The notes beneath the pieces were generated by a model. It was given only the letters and a program-made list of their open reading frames with translations. It did no database searches and was not told the origin of the DNA. DNA of 64,000 nt, taken from NCBI GenBank assembly GCA_965203295.1, contig CBDBCZ010000016.1, forward strand, positions 960,001-1,024,000, written 5' to 3'. Within the stretch, counting starts at the first letter, position 1, and each line of letters begins with the position of its first letter. The translations under genes were made by a program, and so were the position numbers. Below are positions 38,701-51,756 of the stretch, in pieces. Origin of the DNA: Nitrospirales bacterium. GTDB lineage: Bacteria > Nitrospirota > Nitrospiria > Nitrospirales > UBA8639.

Positions 38701-39509
38701 AACTAATGCATGTACATTAATAGCATCTTGCTTACCCACAACATCGAAGCTGATTGTTTTACTTCCACTTATCAAACCACTAGTGGCTGTGCAGGTGTGG
38801 TTGCCAATGTCACCAGAGTGAACAGCTGCTCGTGTAACAGATGTTGAATTTTCAGTCTGGAAAGGACAGTTTCTGCAGGTGGATGACCACTGGTAGCTCA
38901 CAGGACCAGTACCCCCCACTGCTGTGCAAGTGACAGTCACTGGACCAGAGGCTGCTCTGTACTGATTGGGGCCCAGCTCAGCACCAGGGGGAGGTATGTA
39001 GGAGACAGTTATACTAACATTTAGTTCTGGTAGGAGATATATATATATATATTGGCTGTTGAAACATTAACCAGTTTGAGCTCATTTATGGTCCATATGA
39101 AAAAGCTAGGGAGTGGTGGGGGGCGAATGAGGCTGCAGATTTCTTACCTACAGTGATGTCCAGACTGGAGTGTGACTCACTACTACCCTGGACATTCTCA
39201 AATCCTGAAGCAGGTATGACAGTAGCAGTGCAGGTATATGTGTCAGAGAGAGTAGCCCGTAGTGAAGGAATATCTAACGTGATTCTGTACACTCCAGCTG
39301 AATCCATAACTAGCATTATAGTGGTGCTTCTCCCTCCTGGTCCACCAAGGCTTCCAGTCACTATCACATCACTGTCTACCACTGCTGGGTCTAGCTGGAT
39401 GGTGCAGGTCAGGGTGAGAGGGTCTCCATTGTGGAGGATCACAGTGGCATTGGGGTCACGGCTCATAGCCAGTGTAGGGGGAGGGACTGTGAGAAAATCA
39501 AAATATGCA

Positions 39510-39766
<257 letters not shown>

Positions 39767-40030
39767 GTTGCTTACTCTGCAGCCTGTGGTTCAGTAATCA
39801 TTTTACATCAACAATTTCTAAACTCACTGACCACACCAGTCCCGGCTCTATTTCCCTGCTTTGTGTGCACACAATAATTAGAGTATGGAGCCTGGAAACA
39901 ATGATGCCTACAGTAGAGTCTCAGTAGTACATAGACCAATTTCATTTCCTAAGGAATTTGGTTAAGGGGAATTGGAGACAATAAAGTTCGGGGGAACGGT
40001 CTTTACTTATCTCACTAGAAACTTATCACA

Positions 40031-40195
40031 GTGTATGTGTGTTTGAGTGTGTGTGTGTGTGTGTGTGTGTGTGCATGTGTGTGTGTGTGTGTGTGTGGGT
40101 GGGTGGGTGGGTGCTTGCGTGCATGCTTGCGTGCGTGCGTGCATGCGTGCGTGCGTGTGTGTGCATGTGTATGTGCGTGCGTGTGTGTGTACGCA
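40031..40195. repeat. Compound (GT)n/(GCGT)n microsatellite
   Basis: Directly visible. Confidence 0.95.
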
Positions 40196-41277
40196 TTTAG
40201 CAGGAAATATACATCTACTCACTTCGTACAGTTACTGTCTCAGTGTCCACGCTTATCCCTCCGTTGGATGTGGCCATGCATTGGTACTGTCCTCCGTGGG
40301 ATGTCCTTACAAGGCCGAGTTCCAGTGTGCTTGTGTAAGTCATAGTGCAGTCATCAGTCATGGTATGTTGGGTGCTACCACTGCTGATAACACCATCAGG
40401 GCCTGTCCACTGCACTGACAATGAGTCTCCCACTGCTACAGTGACAGTACATTCGAGAGAGAAGGATTCTCCTGCAGTTACTGTTTGACTCAGTGAGGAC
40501 ACTGAGACTCCGGGAGGAGGGACTGAGGGATGGAAGGAATAGCAAGGAGATAATGCAATACATTTGGTATCACTGAGCAGACCTATTCTACAATGTTCTT
40601 ATCCGATGGGTGTCAATAAATAGGTTCAGGTGTGATGTAGTAAACTTACAGTATGTTTGTGAATCATTTCCCAGTGCATTAGTAACTGTACAAGTATAGG
40701 AGCATCCGTCAATATCAGATATGGTGAGCACATTCTCATAAGTGGACAGCCTTCTGTTGGTCACAGTCTGTGTCAGTTGGTAGCGGCTTCCATCAATGGT
40801 CAGTGGTTGCCTGTTCCTCGTCCAGGTGACATTGGTAGCAGGAGAACCAGTGGAGACACAGGTCACATTAGGGGACGTGAATCCATTGACTAATGTGATG
40901 TTGGGAGGAGCTGGGGAGGAACACAATACTATAGCTATGAAAATGTCATCCATTTCATGGAGTGCTTTAGAAATGAATGGGAATGTGGTGGTTGAGGTAC
41001 GAGCTGGAGTGAAGATATAGTATTGAGGTGTGAAAATTCATAGAGAGAATGTGATGTGATGGGATGGTGGTGCATGATATTATATAACATTGGCAAGGAA
41101 CATATACTCAACTGCATGTTTGTGTACTTCCATCACATGTGTTTGTATTATAGGTGATTTGGTTCTATAAAGTTGGAAGGGAGTTTAGGTTATAAAGAAA
41201 TACAATTAATTTTTGCGGCAGGTGAGTCAGAATTTAAAATGGTGGCTATTTTGACCACAGATTGCAAGGTGGATACT

Positions 41278-41668
41278 AGTCTCGGCCCCAGACCCTCCCT
41301 GCACTCATAAAAAAAAGGAAGGAAAGTGCCAGAAGAGGGTCTGGTGCAGTTGATACAGAAGGCCTCCATGGGATGTAGCTTGTATGGCTTACTGTGGGTG
41401 AGATAATTGAGGCGGGAAGTTCCAAAGTTAAGTGAGTGCTAAAAAACTAGTGTAAACAGTGCAGAGCTATATATACAGCTATGCGTGAGAAACGGGAGGC
41501 GTGAATATTCTAAATGTCATTAGTTCCCAATCAACCAATCAGATGATTGGACCCTCTGAAATTCCGCGGATTGCAAATTATTCTGTATCAACTGCACCAG
41601 ACCCTCTTCCGCACTTTCCTTCCGTTTTTTTTTTTTTGAGAGTGCAGGGAGGGTCTGGGGCCAAGATT
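41278..41668. mobile_element. ~390-bp MITE with ~80-bp TIRs
   Basis: AGTCTCGGCCCCAGACCCTCCCTGCACTC...GAAGAGGGTCTGGTGCAGTTGATACAGAA is mirrored at 41581-41668. Confidence 0.85.
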
Positions 41669-43269
41669 AGGTGGATACATGTATACATGTCCATTGTAAT
41701 TATGAACACCAGAAAAAGCAGCTTGTCGAGGCTACATTCAGATGCTTTCCATGAATATCTCAAGGGCAGTGTGAAAAATAAAATACCTGATTAGGTTGAC
41801 ATACTTCAAAGCTTAAATATTCATCTAAAAAGTAAAAGGATCATTCTTGTTAAGAAAAACAATGGGTGAGTGCTGGGCCTATCAAACATTTAAGGGCAAG
41901 AAGGATGTTCACTGAAAATGGTGGTCGAACTCCCAACGGTTCTTCTCTTTTATGCAAAAACGTATTTATCAACCAGGTAAACATACGGCAAGGCTGAAAA
42001 TTCTTTTAAGCCCAATCTAATATTCACACGTGTGGGCAGGTGTGTGTAGGAATATGTAATACTTTTTAAAATAATTATACTTGTACTCTCTATGTGAAAA
42101 GCACTGTAGCCTTCTGCTTAGCTAACTAGCAGTATCTATGGGACCCAAAACAAAGCGCTATGGACTTGGTCACCATTGCTACTCAACCTCTGGCCTTCTG
42201 TCACATACAACAGTCCTTCCACTCACAGTGAGTGATAATTGAAGGTCCAGGTTCAAACCATGACATATAGTATTATATACATGTATAATTCTAACAGTTA
42301 GTGTACTGCATTACTTACTACTAAATCCACTGGGATATATTCCAACATTGATATCTGTCATCTCTCCATTCTGAAGAGGAATGCGACAGGTGTACACCCC
42401 CTGATCACTAGCGGTTAGGTTACTTTGCTTCATGGATATGCCCTCTACACGAAGCTCTCCAACTTGTGGGTTAGTGATCTCAAAGACACCACCAGTGGTG
42501 ACATTAGTTCCATCCAGTCCAATGAGTGTCCCAACATTCTCCTTCATAGAATCAGAGCGACAGGCAAAGCGAAAACGATACTGTGGATCAGTGTTATTGG
42601 CAATGATAATCCCATTGTTAGAGAGCGATCCCCGATCACCAGTTGAATTTCCCCTGAAAACATGTATTCCAGCACCTGTAGATGTATACAGATGACTGCT
42701 ACTAGACATTACGTACATGCATGCAACAATGGCATAGCATGCAAGTATACATAGCTAAGCTGCTGTGTTTTGTATGAAGTGGACATAAAAAGCTAGTCCT
42801 TCACCAACTGCCATAAGCACCAACAACATACATGATATATATATATATATATATAACTTACCCACAATTTTGAAGTTGACACTTGCACTTGTATTTACAG
42901 CTACTGATCCATTTGACTTCATAGTGACTGTGCATGTGTGGATGCCATTATCACCAGAGTGTACGGCTGCTCGGGTAATGTTTGGTGAGCTAATATTATC
43001 GAACGTGCAGTTCCTACATGTGGATGACCACCGGTAGGTCACATTACTAGCTCCTCCTGAATTGCAAGTGACTATCACTGGACAAGAGGCTGCCCTGTAC
43101 TCATCAGTGTCCAGATTAGAACCAGGAGGAGGAGTGTAGTCCACAGTTATGCTGACATTCAGAGCTAACAGAGATAGCAGTGTAAATGGTCATAGCCTTT
43201 CACTAATGGAGCTTAAAACAATATTATTTTCTGATAAAAACAACAGCAACGGCAGCTTGAAATATTTTA

Positions 43270-43328
<59 letters not shown>

Positions 43329-44449
43329 GCAGCAAAACATCTGGGAACTTTTCAACAGAAAAATGCACCCAAGGCTCATGCAGCTTGGCGACAGGTCAGG
43401 CCGAGATGTAGCTATCTGCAGCTATATAATGCACACAAGCAGATAAGTAACCAAACAGTACAGTGAATTACGTGCCAACTGTTGCATAGCATTTCTGGCT
43501 CAAAGAATGATCATTGTCCCAACAACACTTGAGAGTGAGATTTGGATACGTAACATTAACCTTGAACTCCTTCAAATGTATGCTAATGGCATTTTAAACT
43601 CCACTTTTAAATTTTATATGCAGTGTCTTTTTAGCTACAACAATGTCACTTATGGTAGCTATAGGAATGGACTACTGCGTAATTACATGCAAAAATAACC
43701 ACTAGCCGTACCTTGTTCAGCAACGGTGAATTCTTCAAGTAACATGGATACAGTCAAAACTACCCACACGTACGCGTGCATCCAATTCATGATCGCCTCA
43801 GTCGCCGTACTGCAATAATCTCCATGCTGGGCTGCACAATAATCCGAGTGTTCTGTTCTATAACACTTACCCCTGCAGGTGTACCAGGCCGAGTGAACCT
43901 TTAATTGGGAATCTCACGCTGTTGATTGGTCCGGGTGATGCAAATCTCTTGCATAAGACAGCTATTGGTTCTTGCTGTCACCGTCAGGAAAATGCCTGGA
44001 ACACACTGAAGTCGTATATAGAACCACCCCCATGTCATGCTAGAGGTACACGAACTTGTTATGACAAGCAGTCACAATGAAACCATTCCCATGTGTAGAT
44101 AATCATCTAAACAAACAATAAAATCACATGGATAGTTCCAATATACATATTACCAAACATGGAGCTGTCACTGTTATTAATAATGACTGAAAATTCTAAA
44201 ATGTATACATGTACAATACATAATAATCACTGCATGTAGCTACATTTGGGAACAATGATAGTCACTTGCAAGTGGGAACAGGTGTGGGTACCCAGTCTCA
44301 TCTCCAGGCCTTCCCTTCACACACTAATTGAATGGAGGGAAGGCCTGGGGATGAGTCTCCCATAACAAATATTGAACGAAGCCATGTGACTTCTTAGAGG
44401 AGTAAAACACAAACACCTGGGCTGCATACCATTGGTGGACTGATTGTGA

Positions 44450-44905
44450 TAGGCTGGACTCGACTGGACTCAAAATGTCTGCAACTAGCTACATGTACAC
44501 AGCAGTTGCTTGCTGGCTTATTTAACTGTGTGTAACTTGCCGTACATGCATGGAACTACGCTTTGCGTGTCTGCGCTGCTAAGGACAGGTCAAAGGTCAC
44601 GGCATGTATATCTTCATAGCAGGATTCGTCAATGAGTATGGAGCAGACTGCAGCTACTAAAGTTGCTGTGTACGTACTTATATAACTTGATATCTTGCTA
44701 CAGGCATGCTCCATACTTACCGAGGAGTCCTGCTTCGGAGTCTTATTGCATAAGCATGTGACCTTTGACCTGTCCCTAACCGTACAGACACACATTGTAG
44801 GGTAAGTTGCAAAACTATAAGTTAACACCCCCTTTCTAGAAGTTGTAGTGTAGTTCTGGACACTTTGAGTCCATTCCAGTCCGTTCCATTCCAGTCCAGT
44901 CCAGT
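44450..44905. mobile_element. Probable MITE with GGACT-repeat TIRs and an internal inverted repeat
   Basis: GACTGGACTCAAAATGTC pairs with GACACTTTGAGTCCATTCCAGTCC. Internal GGACAGGTCAAAGGTCAC pairs with GTGACCTTTGACCTGTCC. Confidence 0.6.
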
Positions 44906-45528
44906 TCACCGATTGTATAAAGCCAAACACCTGTGGAAATATGAGACAGAGTTAAAAATAAGGCTTTGGGTTTGGCTGGCCAAAAGGAAATTTTGATTGG
45001 CCATCTGTACAATTTGATACAAAATTAATATGATCAAATTTGGGTGGCATTGTAGAAAAGTGCACGGAAATGGCCAGTGGCCAGCTGTTATTCTGAGCTC
45101 TGTGAGACAGTGCAGGGTTAAGACAACTTTTTTTTTAAATAGCCCAACAACATAAAGATAATTAATATTGCATTTCAAATAGCAATAATTACATAACCTT
45201 GAAAATAATTTTAAAAAACTCAGTAACAGTTTTATACCAACATGGCCAAGGTTTCATTCACTGCTAGCTCCCATATCCTACATGTACATATAATATAATA
45301 GCTATCTGGGATCCTTGTCATATAGCAGTCGCTGCAGTGTCATGTATGCGTATCACGTAGTTACAGTTGCTTACTTCATATTCCAGCAATTTACTATTTG
45401 AATCCAGATGTACGTAGGACCTGGTGATGTCTATTAGTGATGGCTACACCCCACAATGTTACTATATATCCATGCTAGAAAAATGTCTTAGCTAGTTATT
45501 TTGTTCTAAACCTCAGATAATCCACAGC

Positions 45529-45733
45529 AAAAAAAGTGGAATTTTCTAAAATGCGTTACAAGGAAATTTGACAGGAAATCTGGCATTTCAGGTGCATGCA
45601 GGGTAGTATAGTATAGGGCAGAATTTCATCATTTTAAAGGAAATTCTGCCCTATCCTATACTACACTGTACCAGAAATGCCAGGCTTCCTGTCAAATTTC
45701 ATTGTGACGCATTTCAGGAAATTCCACTTTTTT
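45529..45733. repeat. ~200-bp imperfect palindrome
   Basis: AAAAAAAGTGGAATTT...TAGGGCAGAATTTC, a short loop, then GAAATTCTGCCCTA...AAATTCCACTTTTTT. Confidence 0.8.
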
Positions 45734-45949
45734 TCCAGTGTATCTATTATATAGCTACGTATCACAGTGGTTTTCTTATAAACCTTTACCATTATGATGT
45801 AATGAGCCTGGGGGTAAAAGGAGGCACTAAATGAAGAACGTGCGTGTTTTTGTGGTTTTATGTAAGTTTTAAAGATGAAACATGTATGCCTCCGATCCAT
45901 GTAAATTTTCTATTTACTGCTTACTTTTACATCATAATTAATTGAAGAT

Positions 45950-46473
45950 AATTATGTACCTCATGATAGCTACTGCATGACTTTATTGTGCAATGTAAAA
46001 ACAATGTACACACAATGCAGAATGATTGTAGCATTAGCTGATTGTCACAGTTACTATTATTATTTACGGCGTAACAACTATGTAGTGCAGTAGTTAACAC
46101 AAAGTGGCTATGTCCTTCTAAAATTGAATCTCAGAGTTTAGACCACTTCTTGAAAGTTACAATATGTTTCAAAGCTGCCCACAAACTCTTTCAGTACCTC
46201 ATGACAATGAATGTATTGTTCCTACAGGGAAAAACAAAACATGTTGTGGTCAGTCAGAAGTGACTACAACTACTACATGAATGTGTTCTTCCTAGCCAAA
46301 GCAGACTATCACTGCTTGAGTTCTCCCACAAACTCACCACACTCTGCACCAGGCCTGGACGGTTGAGACGGGCTGACTTGATGAACTGAAAGACATCAAC
46401 CACACCCTCAGTCTTCAGCCTCTCTATCTGAGCATGCATGCAGATGAACGCACCCGTACGATCCATTCCATCC
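45950..46473 (-). pseudogene. Orphan duplicate of the last two PTP-D2 exons and 3' UTR of gene 2
   Basis: Nearly identical to ~17435-17966 ([20 protein letters not shown]...[31 protein letters not shown]). Homology stops abruptly at the tandem repeat. Confidence 0.9.
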
Positions 46474-46475
46474 CT

Positions 46476-47152
46476 AGTAAGTAAAGAAGAAACGGAAAGA
46501 GCTTATGCCCCATTAAATGTCGCTAAAGACCATTAAAGTAGTACTAAAATAAGGACCGTCTGGACAATCATTAAGGACCGTCTGCTACTATACAGGATGA
46601 AACTACCTGAATTAAAGGTAGAACCTTCTAACCAGTTAGTAGTAGGTAATGAAGAAACAGATAGAGTTTATGCCCCATTACATGTCGCTAAAGACCATTG
46701 ATACATGTACGAAAATAATGATCGTCTGAACAATCACTAAGGACCGTTTGCTACTATAGAGGATAAATCTACCTGAATCAAAGATAGAAACTTCCTAGCC
46801 TGTTAGTAGTAAGTAAAGTAGAAACGGAGAGAGTTTGTGCCCCATTACCTGTCGCTAAAGACCATTAACACATGTATTAAAATAAGGACCGTCTGGACAA
46901 TCAGTAAGGACCGTCTGCTACTATAGAGGATGAAACTACCTGTACAAGCTTACTAGCCTGTTAGCAGTAAGTAATGAAGGAACGGAGAGAGTTTGTGTCC
47001 CATAACATGTCGCTAAAGACCATTGATACTGGACAATTACTAAGGACCGTTCACTACTATACAGGATGAAACTACCTGAATTATTTAAGGTAGAAGCTTC
47101 CTAGCCTGTTAGTAGTAAGTAATGAAGAAACGGAGAGAGGTTGTGCCTTATT
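46476..47152. repeat. Tandem repeat of ~150-170-bp units, about 4 copies
   Basis: Recurring AGTAAGTAAAGAAGAAACGGAGAGAG...GTCGCTAAAGACCATT...AAGGACCGTCTG...GGATGAAACTACCTG. Units start near 46476, 46640, 46808, 46965 and 47113. Confidence 0.9.
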
Positions 47153-47662
47153 ACACACTAAAAGGTCTATAATAGATACAACATACTTTGAAATGTGAAG
47201 AGGAGTGCAATCTTTGCTTCTCAGGAGTGCAACAAATTATCTAACTTCCCTAGCTGTATTTAAAAACGCAAGGGATGTAAAGAAGTAGAGGTTGTAAACC
47301 ATTCTTAGAATGTAGCCTAACTTGCATAAAAAGGACAAACAAATGATCTATAGTAATTGCCTTTGTATTTACTGTAATAAGAACAAAGAAAGAAAGGTAA
47401 ATCCTCACTGTTGAAATAAAGAATTAATGATATTTTTTTTTAGAAGATGTAGTTGCAGTTGTAAGAAAATTAGAAAGAATTCAAGCGCGAGACATTCGGC
47501 AGAGGCGTACGAACGGAGATGTGCACGGCCGCCCACGCGCTGGTAGTTGACCTTTGACCTTTAACCTTTTGCACTTGCGCTTTAATTGGAAACCGTGGTT
47601 CTTAATGACTGGTCCTATAGCGCGTTTTGCGTGTTAAATAATACTTCTCTTGTCTAGTCGCT

Positions 47663-49556
47663 ATGGTACGAGGAGTATGGATTCTGATTGTTGTACTTGT
47701 TTGTCTCGGCCTTGTTGCTGTAGCCCTGTATAGGTCTAGCTCTTCGCCTCCGCAAGGATTCGAAGGCATAGCTCGACCGAGCGCTCTACCAAGCGAATTG
47801 GGGGTGGCACGCGAGAAAACGAGCGAGCCTCCTGTACCTGCACTCGTGGACACGACCAGCGATACCACTCATATCGCTAATGGACGCATCGGCAGTCAAG
47901 GTATGTCAGTTTGAGCATAGATAATATATACTAGGAAGTATATATCTATGGTTTGAGTCTATGAACCAGGACTTTGTGTAAAAAAGTAGTGGTTAAACTC
48001 CCCTCACTCAAACTGTCCTTTAACCATTGCTTATCCATGGCAAACACACCCACACAGTGGCTGACCCTATCCCTGATGCCGAGCTGCCACAGTCTACCAC
48101 TAGCAAAGCTACCGTGAAAGACCTTCCAAACATTGTATTCATGATGGCAGACGACTTGGGCTATGGTGATCTGCACTACACCGGCGGACAAGCAGAAACT
48201 CCAGTTTTGGATGCCATGGCTGCAGGCCGTAACAGCATCCAGCTCACGAGATACTATGCAGGTGCTCCTGTGTGCTCTCCCACTAGAGGTACTGTGCTGA
48301 CGGGGCGTAACCACAACCGCTACTGCATTTGGACTGCTAATACAGGGATGGGAACTGCGGATTTTCAAATCCCATCGCCGATGCCCTTGCCACCATCTGA
48401 AGTAACAGTGGCCGAGATACTAAAAGAAAACGGGTATCGAACTGGAATATTTGGAAAGTGGCACGTTGGTGACTTGAAGAGTGCCGAGGGATCTTCTAAA
48501 CAATACAATCATAAATGGCCGGTTTCTCATCCAGGAATGCATGGATTTGACGAGTGGTGGGTGACAGAGCGGTCAGCGCCCACGGCAACCATAAACTGTG
48601 GGTGCTTCAAAGGAGCAGCGTGTACCTGTGGACACTATCCCAGTCGACACCCATGTACCAATTACCACTCTAGGGATCCGCACACAGATAAGTTGGTCTC
48701 ATTCCCTAGCTCAATCGAAGGTGACGATTCTCACTTCATTGCAAAGCAATTTGATCAATTCTTGCAGAAAGTACGTAAATCTGGACAGCCCTTTTTTGCC
48801 TACCTGCCCTTCCACACAGTACACCACCGGTATGTTGCCACTAAGGAGTATGGTAAGCGCTATCTCGACCAAGGAATGGGATTGGCACAGGCTGACTACT
48901 TCGGTGCCATCACTGCAATGGATGATGCCATCGGTCAAATCCGTCTTCTACTCAAGAAACACAATGTTAGTGATAACACCATGCTCTGGTTCACTAGTGA
49001 CAACGGCCCTGAAGCACCAACGCCTGGTAGGACTGGGGGCTTAAGGGGTCACAAAAGAGACCTGTATGAAGGTGGGATTAGGGTCCCTGGGATCATCGAG
49101 TGGCCTGCTGTGATCAAAAGCAACAGAATCTCTGATTATCCGGTTGTATCAAATGACTTTCTTCCCACCGTATGCGATATGTTGGGTGTTCAGCCCCCAA
49201 ATGATCGTCAAATAGATGGTATTTCAGTTCTGCCTTTCCTTCGAAACAAAACCTCTACAAGAAGTAAACCTATTGCATGGGCTTATCAAATTTCAAATAG
49301 CTTCAGCAAAGGACAGTACCATGCAGCCCTAAGCAGTAACCAGTACAAGGTATTTGCTACCTTCAACGAGGGCAAAATGACAAGAACGGAACTCTATGAC
49401 CTCAAGAATGATCGCAGTGAATCAAAGGACTTATCAGCCGAATATCCGAATATACTGAACCCGATGAAGCTAGAGCTTGAGAATTGGATGCAGTCTGTGA
49501 TCAAGAGTGCTAGGGACGAGGTTCAGTGTTTAGGCCATTCGTTCCTCCGAGCATAG
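47663..49556 (+). CDS. Formylglycine-dependent sulfatase (S1 family, arylsulfatase-like) with an N-terminal membrane anchor
   Basis: Exon 1 47663-47900 (hydrophobic VWILIVVLVCLGLVAVALY), phase-1 GT-AG intron 47901-48057, exon 2 48058-49556. Motifs PNIVFMMADDLGYGD, CSPTRGTVLTG, GYRTGIFGKWH, FTSDNG, YEGGIRVP, ELYDL. Confidence 0.93.
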
Positions 49557-49701
49557 AGTTTTATAGGCATTATACAATGTCATGTAGCTATAAATCTGCT
49601 GTAATGTTTTTTTTAGCCAAGATAAAGAGTTGTTTTAAGCTATATACTATAGGTGTGCAGTTGCAACTTTGCAGTCTTATAATCTCGTAGTACATAAGTA
49701 T

Positions 49702-49974
49702 AGGATAGACTACACCAAAGAGTGGGTTATGTGCCTATGTAACCCACGAGTTTGCGGTTATCCCGAGGCGAAGCCAAGGGATAAATGCAAACAAGTGGGT
49801 TATAGCGCATAACACACGAGTGGGTGTGGTCTATCTGACTTATACCACGTTGCGCATGCGTATAATCTTCGCTGCGTAGCAACGTAGCGAACTGATAAAA
49901 AGTGTGGGTTATGAATTATGTAACCCATACTTTTTAGCCAATCATTTTTATTGTTGATGATGTAATGTGGTATA
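49702..49974. mobile_element. Non-autonomous hairpin element (Crypton-like end structure)
   Basis: Hairpin of ~135 bp, GATAGACTACACC...CCCGAGGCGAAGCCAAGGG...GGTGTGGTCTATC, then TTATACCAC...GTGGTATAA. Confidence 0.6.
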
Positions 49975-50097
49975 ACTTAGCTTAGATGTTTGCCCTTCTG
50001 TATGAAATTGTAGACATCTACATGTATAATGTGCCTACAGTTCAGCATACATGATACACTGCAAAATGGGAGGGCTATCCACCTCGATTACATGTAT

Positions 50098-50618
50098 CAC
50101 TGCAAAAATCAAAGGATGGTTTCAAACCAGCTGGAGTTATCTCAGTTCAAGCAGTCTACAAAACAATGTGTACGTAAACAAGTAGATCAATTTACCACCC
50201 TGTTTCTCCAATTTTAGAAGAAAGGAAAAATCCATTAGGACAATTAGTAACACTTTATGTACATTACCATGGCAACCACTTTTTCCCACGCTTATAGCAC
50301 TCAAAGGAGGCCACATACAGGAATCATTGTTATACCAATGTACATTAAATCAGTTAAAGGTCAGTTTGGGTGAGGGGTTAAAATCCTCGGCTTCGCCTTG
50401 GACTTTAAATTCCCCTCACCCAAACTGACCTTCAACTATTACATAATATCTTGTTCCTAACCTCAACAAAGAAAAATGATTTAGCGTGGCTTCCTGAGCT
50501 GAGTAAAGTGATCTTATTGCACCGCATAAAGCTGCATATTCTCTGGTACTGGGGCTGCAACTGAGGTATAGCCTTACAATGTATGTGGGTTAACACAAAC
50601 CACTTTATTTTTGCAGTG
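50098..50618. mobile_element. Second CACTG MITE copy with a nested hairpin insertion (~50250-50440)
   Basis: Same ends and internal sequence as 35322-35751. The nested palindrome is AAGGTCAGTTTGGGTGAGGGG...GGCTTCGCC...CCCCTCACCCAAACTGACCTT. Confidence 0.8.
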
Positions 50619-51293
50619 TAGGTTGCTTCACTTGCTGTTGTATATGCAAGCTGGTGTCTCTTGCATGACCTAATATTACCAGCTATATGGATGGATGAAC
50701 CCATGCACACTGTGAAAAATAAGGTTTCCTGCTCTGAGTCCAGTAAGGAAACATGACAGATTTTTGATAGGATCCTCAAAGAAACACAATGACACGGCAT
50801 GTTTCCCATGTCATTTAGAGAAACATGCTGTGTCTTCATGTTTTCTTGAGGTTCCTATCCAAATCTGTCGTGTTTCTTTACAGGTTTTCCTGGATGCAGA
50901 GCTGGGAATCTTTGTTTTATTTTTCATAGTGCATGCCAGCTGCATTTGTTATTGCATATACATGTACCCAGAATTCTTTTTGTTATTGCATGCTCCCACA
51001 ATGCAGATAAGGACAGAACTGAACCAATATACTCATGCTTACTGTTTCCACGGGTATATGAATGAAGCAATGAATAAACTAGCCACAGTACATAACCAGC
51101 TGTCCAAGTTTGGCCTAATATGAGGCTATAGCTACACACCCGCTACACAGGGTTAGATTCTACTATCAGTTTACTTCCAGTCCGTGATGATACTGGGCCT
51201 CAGTGGGAAAGGAACGAGGGGGGGGGGGTGCACAGCTGCAGGCCTCGTATGCCATGGTACGTAATGTATTAAAACTACCATGGCACAAGTCAT

Positions 51294-51440
51294 TTATACC
51301 ATGGGTTTCTAAGGTCATGTATATATGAGGTTTGTAGTACCCTCATGCAGTTGTAGGTCTTCCCTTGGGCTTTGCCCTCGGAAAGACCTACAACTGCCCT
51401 TGGGTACAATCCCCATTCACCTTGAAACCTATGGTACAAA
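51294..51440. repeat. Hairpin element with a GGGCTTTGCCC loop
   Basis: TACCATGGGTTTCTAAGGT...GCAGTTGTAGGTCTT pairs with AAGACCTACAACTGC...ACCTTGAAACCTATGGTA. Confidence 0.6.
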
Positions 51441-51756
51441 TACACCTTGTTTCAAAAGGCAATTATAATTTTGTTTTCCAACTGAGTGAGACAGTGGTAG
51501 TAGAGGGAAAGTGAGCAAACTCTAAGTCATGTTGTCTCGTGAGGCGATTTGAGGTCCCCTCTGCTGTCCTGTACCATTCCGCCGTACCAGCCGTCTCCAT
51601 TCTACGAGCCTGTACTACGCAAAGCATGCAAAACAGCCAACAAACGATAATAATAATAATATACTCATGTTGCTGCCGTAGCGCAAACGATATTAAACAG
51701 CTAATGATTCTGCTTGATAAGGTTTGCCGGATGGATTTTGCTATATGATGCCCGAG

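Noticed and set aside
46476..47152. Possible CRISPR-like array
   Set aside because: Whole units of ~165 bp repeat with no unique spacers, there are no cas genes, and the context is eukaryotic.
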